Of a DNA stretch of 64,000 bases, positions 60,905-64,000 are shown one piece after another. The stretch comes from Macrostomum lignano (lineage: Eukaryota). The notes under the pieces were generated by a model. The model was given only the letters and a program-made list of their open reading frames with translations, did not search any database and had not been told where the DNA came from. Each line of letters begins with the position of its first letter. Within the stretch, counting starts at the first letter, position 1. The position numbers and the translations under genes are program-made. The stretch spans positions 1 through 64,000 of the forward strand of contig NIVC01001431.1 of assembly GCA_002269645.1 (NCBI GenBank), given 5' to 3'.

Positions 60905-63900
60905 GGCACATTCCAGCGCTGATTAAGGGATCCTGGCGCCGATTTGGTGATCCTGGCGCCAAATTTGACTTTCGGCGCCAATTTGAGCTTTCCGCGCCAA
61001 TTTGAGCTTTCCAGCGCCGATTTGAGCTTTCCAGCGCTGGTCCGGGCTTTTTAGCGCTGTTTTCAGCATTCCGGCGCTGATTTGGCGATACTGGCGCCGA
61101 TTTGGTGATCCTAGCGCCAAATTTGACTTTCGGCGCCAATTTGAGCTTTCCGCGCCAATTTGAGCTTTCCAGCGCCGATTTGAGCTTTCCAGCGCTGGTC
61201 CGGGCTTTTTAGCGCTGATTTCAGCATTCCAGCGCTGATTAAGGGATCCTGGCGCCGATTTGGTGATCCTGGCGCCAAATTTGACTTTCGGCGCCAATTT
61301 GAGCTTTCCGCGCCAATTTGAGCTTTCCAGCGCCGATTTGAGCTTTCCAGCGCTGGTCCGGGCTTTTTAGCGCTGTTTTCAGCATTCCGGCGCTGATTTG
61401 GCGATACTGGCGCCAAATTTGACTTTCGGCGCCAATTTGAGCTTTCCCGCGCCAATTTGAGCTTTCCAGCGCCGATTTGAGCTTTCCAGCGCTGGTCCGG
61501 GCTTTTTGGCGCTGTTTTCAGCATTCCGGCGCTGATTTGGCGATACTGGCGCCGATTTGGTGATCCTGGCGCCAAATTTGACTTTCGGCGCCAATTTGAG
61601 CTTTCCCGCGCCAATTTGAGCTTTCCAGCGCCGATTTGAGCTTTCCAGCGCTGGTCCGGGCTTTTTAGCGCTGATTTCAGCATTCCAGCGCTGATTAAGC
61701 GATCCTGGCGCCGATTTGGTGATCCTGGCGCCAAATTTGACGTTCGCGCCAATTTGAGCTTTCCGCGCCAATTTGAGCTTTCCAGCGCCGATTTGAGCTT
61801 TCCAGCGCTGGTCCGGGCTTTTTAGCGCTGTTTTCAGCATTCCGGCGCTGATTTGGCGATACTGGCGCCAAATTTGGTGATCCTGGCGCCAAATTTGACT
61901 TTCGGCGCCAATTTGAGCTTTCCCGCGCCAATTTGAGCTTTCCAGCGCCGATTTGAGCTTTCCAGCGCTGGTCCGGGCTTTTTAGCGCTGTTTTCAGCAT
62001 TCCGGCGCTGATTTGGCGATACTGGCGCCGATTTGGTGATCCTGGCGCCAAATTTGACTTTCGGCGCCAATTTGAGCTTTCCGCGCCAATTTGAGCTTTC
62101 CAGCGCCGATTTGAGCTTTCCAGCGCTGGTCCGGGCTTTTTAGCGCTGATTTCAGCATTCCGGCGCTGATTTGGCGATACTGGCGCCGATTTGGTGATCC
62201 TGGCGCCAAATTTGACTTTCGGCGCCAATTTGAGCTTTCCGCGCCAATTTGAGCTTTCCAGCGCCGATTTGAGCTTTCCAGCGCTGGTCCGGGCTTTTTA
62301 GCGCTGATTTCAGCATTCCAGCGCTGATTAAGGGATCCTGGCGCCGATTTGGTGATCCTGGCGCCAAATTTGACTTTCGGCGCCAATTTGAGCTTTCCGC
62401 GCCAATTTGAGCTTTCCAGCGCCGATTTGAGCTTTCCAGCGCTGGTCCGGGCTTTTTGGCGCTGTTTTCAGCATTCCGGCGCTGATTTGGTGATCCTGGC
62501 GCCAAATTTGACTTTCAGCGCCAATTTGAGCTTTCCGCGCCAATTTGAGCTTTCCAGCGCCGATTTGAGCTTTCCAGCGCTGGTCCGGGCTTTTTAGCGC
62601 TGATTTCAGCATTCCAGCGCTGATTTGGCGATACTGGCGCCGATTTGGTGATCCTGGCGCCAAATTTGACTTTTGGCGCCAATTTGAGCTTTCCGCGCCA
62701 ATTTGAGCTTTCCAGCGCCGATTTGAGCTTTCCATCGCTGGTCCGGGCTTTTTAGCGCTGTTTTCAGCATTCCGGCGCTGATTTGGCGATACTGGCGCCG
62801 ATTTGTGATCCTGGCGCCAAATTTGGCTTTCGGCGCCAATTTAAGCTTTCCGCGCCAATTTGAGCTTTCCAGCGCTGGTCCGGGCTTTTTAGCGCTGTTT
62901 TCAGCATTCCGGCGCTGATTTGGCGATACTGGCGCCGATTTGGTGATCCTGGCGCCAAATTTGGCTTTTGGCGCCAATTTAAGCTTTCCGCGCCAATTTG
63001 AGCTTTCCAGCGCTGGTCCGGGCTTTTTAGCGCTGTTTTCAGCATTCCGGCGCTGATTTGGCGATACTGGCGCCATTTGGTGATCCTGGCGCCAAATTTG
63101 ACTTTCGGCGCCAATTTGAGCTTTCCGCGCCAATTTGAGCTTTCCAGCGCCGATTGAGCTTTCCAGCGCTGGTCCGGGCTTTTTAGCGCTGATTTCAGCA
63201 TTCCAGCGCTGATTTGGCGATACTGGCGCCGATTTGGTGATCCTGGCGCCAAATTTGACTTTCGGCGCCAATTTGAGCTTTCCGCGCCAATTTGAGCTTT
63301 CCAGCGCCGATTTGAGCTTTCCAGCGCTGGTCCGGGCTTTTTAGCGCTGTTTCAGCATTCCGCGCTGATTTGGCGATACTGGCGCCGATTTGGTGATCCT
63401 GGCGCCAAATTTGGCTTTCGGCGCCAATTTGAGCTTTCCGCGCCAATTTGAAGCTTTCCAGCGCTGGTCCGGGCTTTTTAGCGCTGTTTTCAGCATTCCG
63501 GCGCTGATTTGGCGATACTGGCGCCGATTTGGTGATCCTGGCGCCAAATTTGGCTTTCGGCGCCAATTTAAGCTTTCCGCGCCAATTTAAGCTTTCCAGC
63601 GCTGGTCCGGGCTTTTTAGCGCTGTTTTCAGCATTCCGGCGCTGATTTGGCGATACTGGCGCCGATTTGGTGATCCTGGCGCCAAATTTGGCTTTCGGCG
63701 CCAATTTAAGCTTTCCGCGCCAATTTGAGCTTTCCAGCGCTGGTCCGGGCTTTTTAGCGCTGTTTTCAGCATTCCGCGCTGATTTGGCGATACTGGCGCC
63801 GATTTGGTGATCCTGGCGCCAAATTTGACTTTCGGCGCCAATTTGAGCTTTCCGCGCCAATTTGAGCTTTCCAGCGCCGATTTGAGCTTTCCAGCGCTGG

Positions 63901-64000
63901 TCCGGGCTTTTTAGCGCTGATTTCAGCATTCCGGCGCTGATTTGGCGATACTGGCGCCGATTTGGTGATCCTGGCGCCAAATTTGACTTTCGGCGCCAAT
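60905..64000. repeat. ~158-bp higher-order satellite made of eight ~20-bp GCGCC/GCGCT-initiated subunits
   Basis: GGCGCCGATTTGGTGATCCT recurs at 60935 and 61093; the array runs to the window end. Confidence 0.93.

Noticed and set aside
60894-63999. Numerous basic ORFs (MAPKVKFGARITK...)
   Set aside because: Translations of the 158-bp satellite; they shift frame with each unit indel.

Overview
Eukaryotic (metazoan, probably invertebrate) repeat-rich DNA with five main components. (1) 1-14550: the right-hand part of a large endogenous Polinton/adintovirus-like virus, with all recognised genes on the minus strand. It encodes a penton/minor capsid, packaging ATPase, PLA2X, dUTPase, protein-primed PolB with an endonuclease VII domain, a TBP-like domain in frame with a deoxynucleoside kinase, a spliced OB-fold SSB-like gene and a membrane protein. 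It ends in a Polinton-type ...ACTACT terminus. (2) 16397-20245: an internally deleted BEL/Pao LTR element with a 5-bp TSD, inserted just beyond a LINE RNase H fragment. (3) ~24850-53480: a minus-strand host PHLPP-like gene (LRR + PP2C). This copy is disrupted: one exon is split by both a hAT-type MITE and a 10.6-kb CACTA/EnSpm element, and the latter contains a nested Sola2-like element. (4) 25871-34889, in the last PHLPP intron: a 9.0-kb element with 1.3-1.4-kb TIRs and a 6-bp TSD. It carries only two divergent genes, a second, distinct pPolB (Vsr-type insert) with six predicted spliceosomal introns and a tandem PC4-like ssDNA-binding protein. It has no integrase or capsid. This minimal spliced pPolB element and the TBP-carrying Polinton-like virus are the most novel candidates. 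(5) Many minisatellites and a 158-bp higher-order satellite. Many viral ORFs carry 1-bp indels in short homopolymers, so assembly error and real decay cannot be separated. All protein calls come from motif recognition by eye; no database searches were run.
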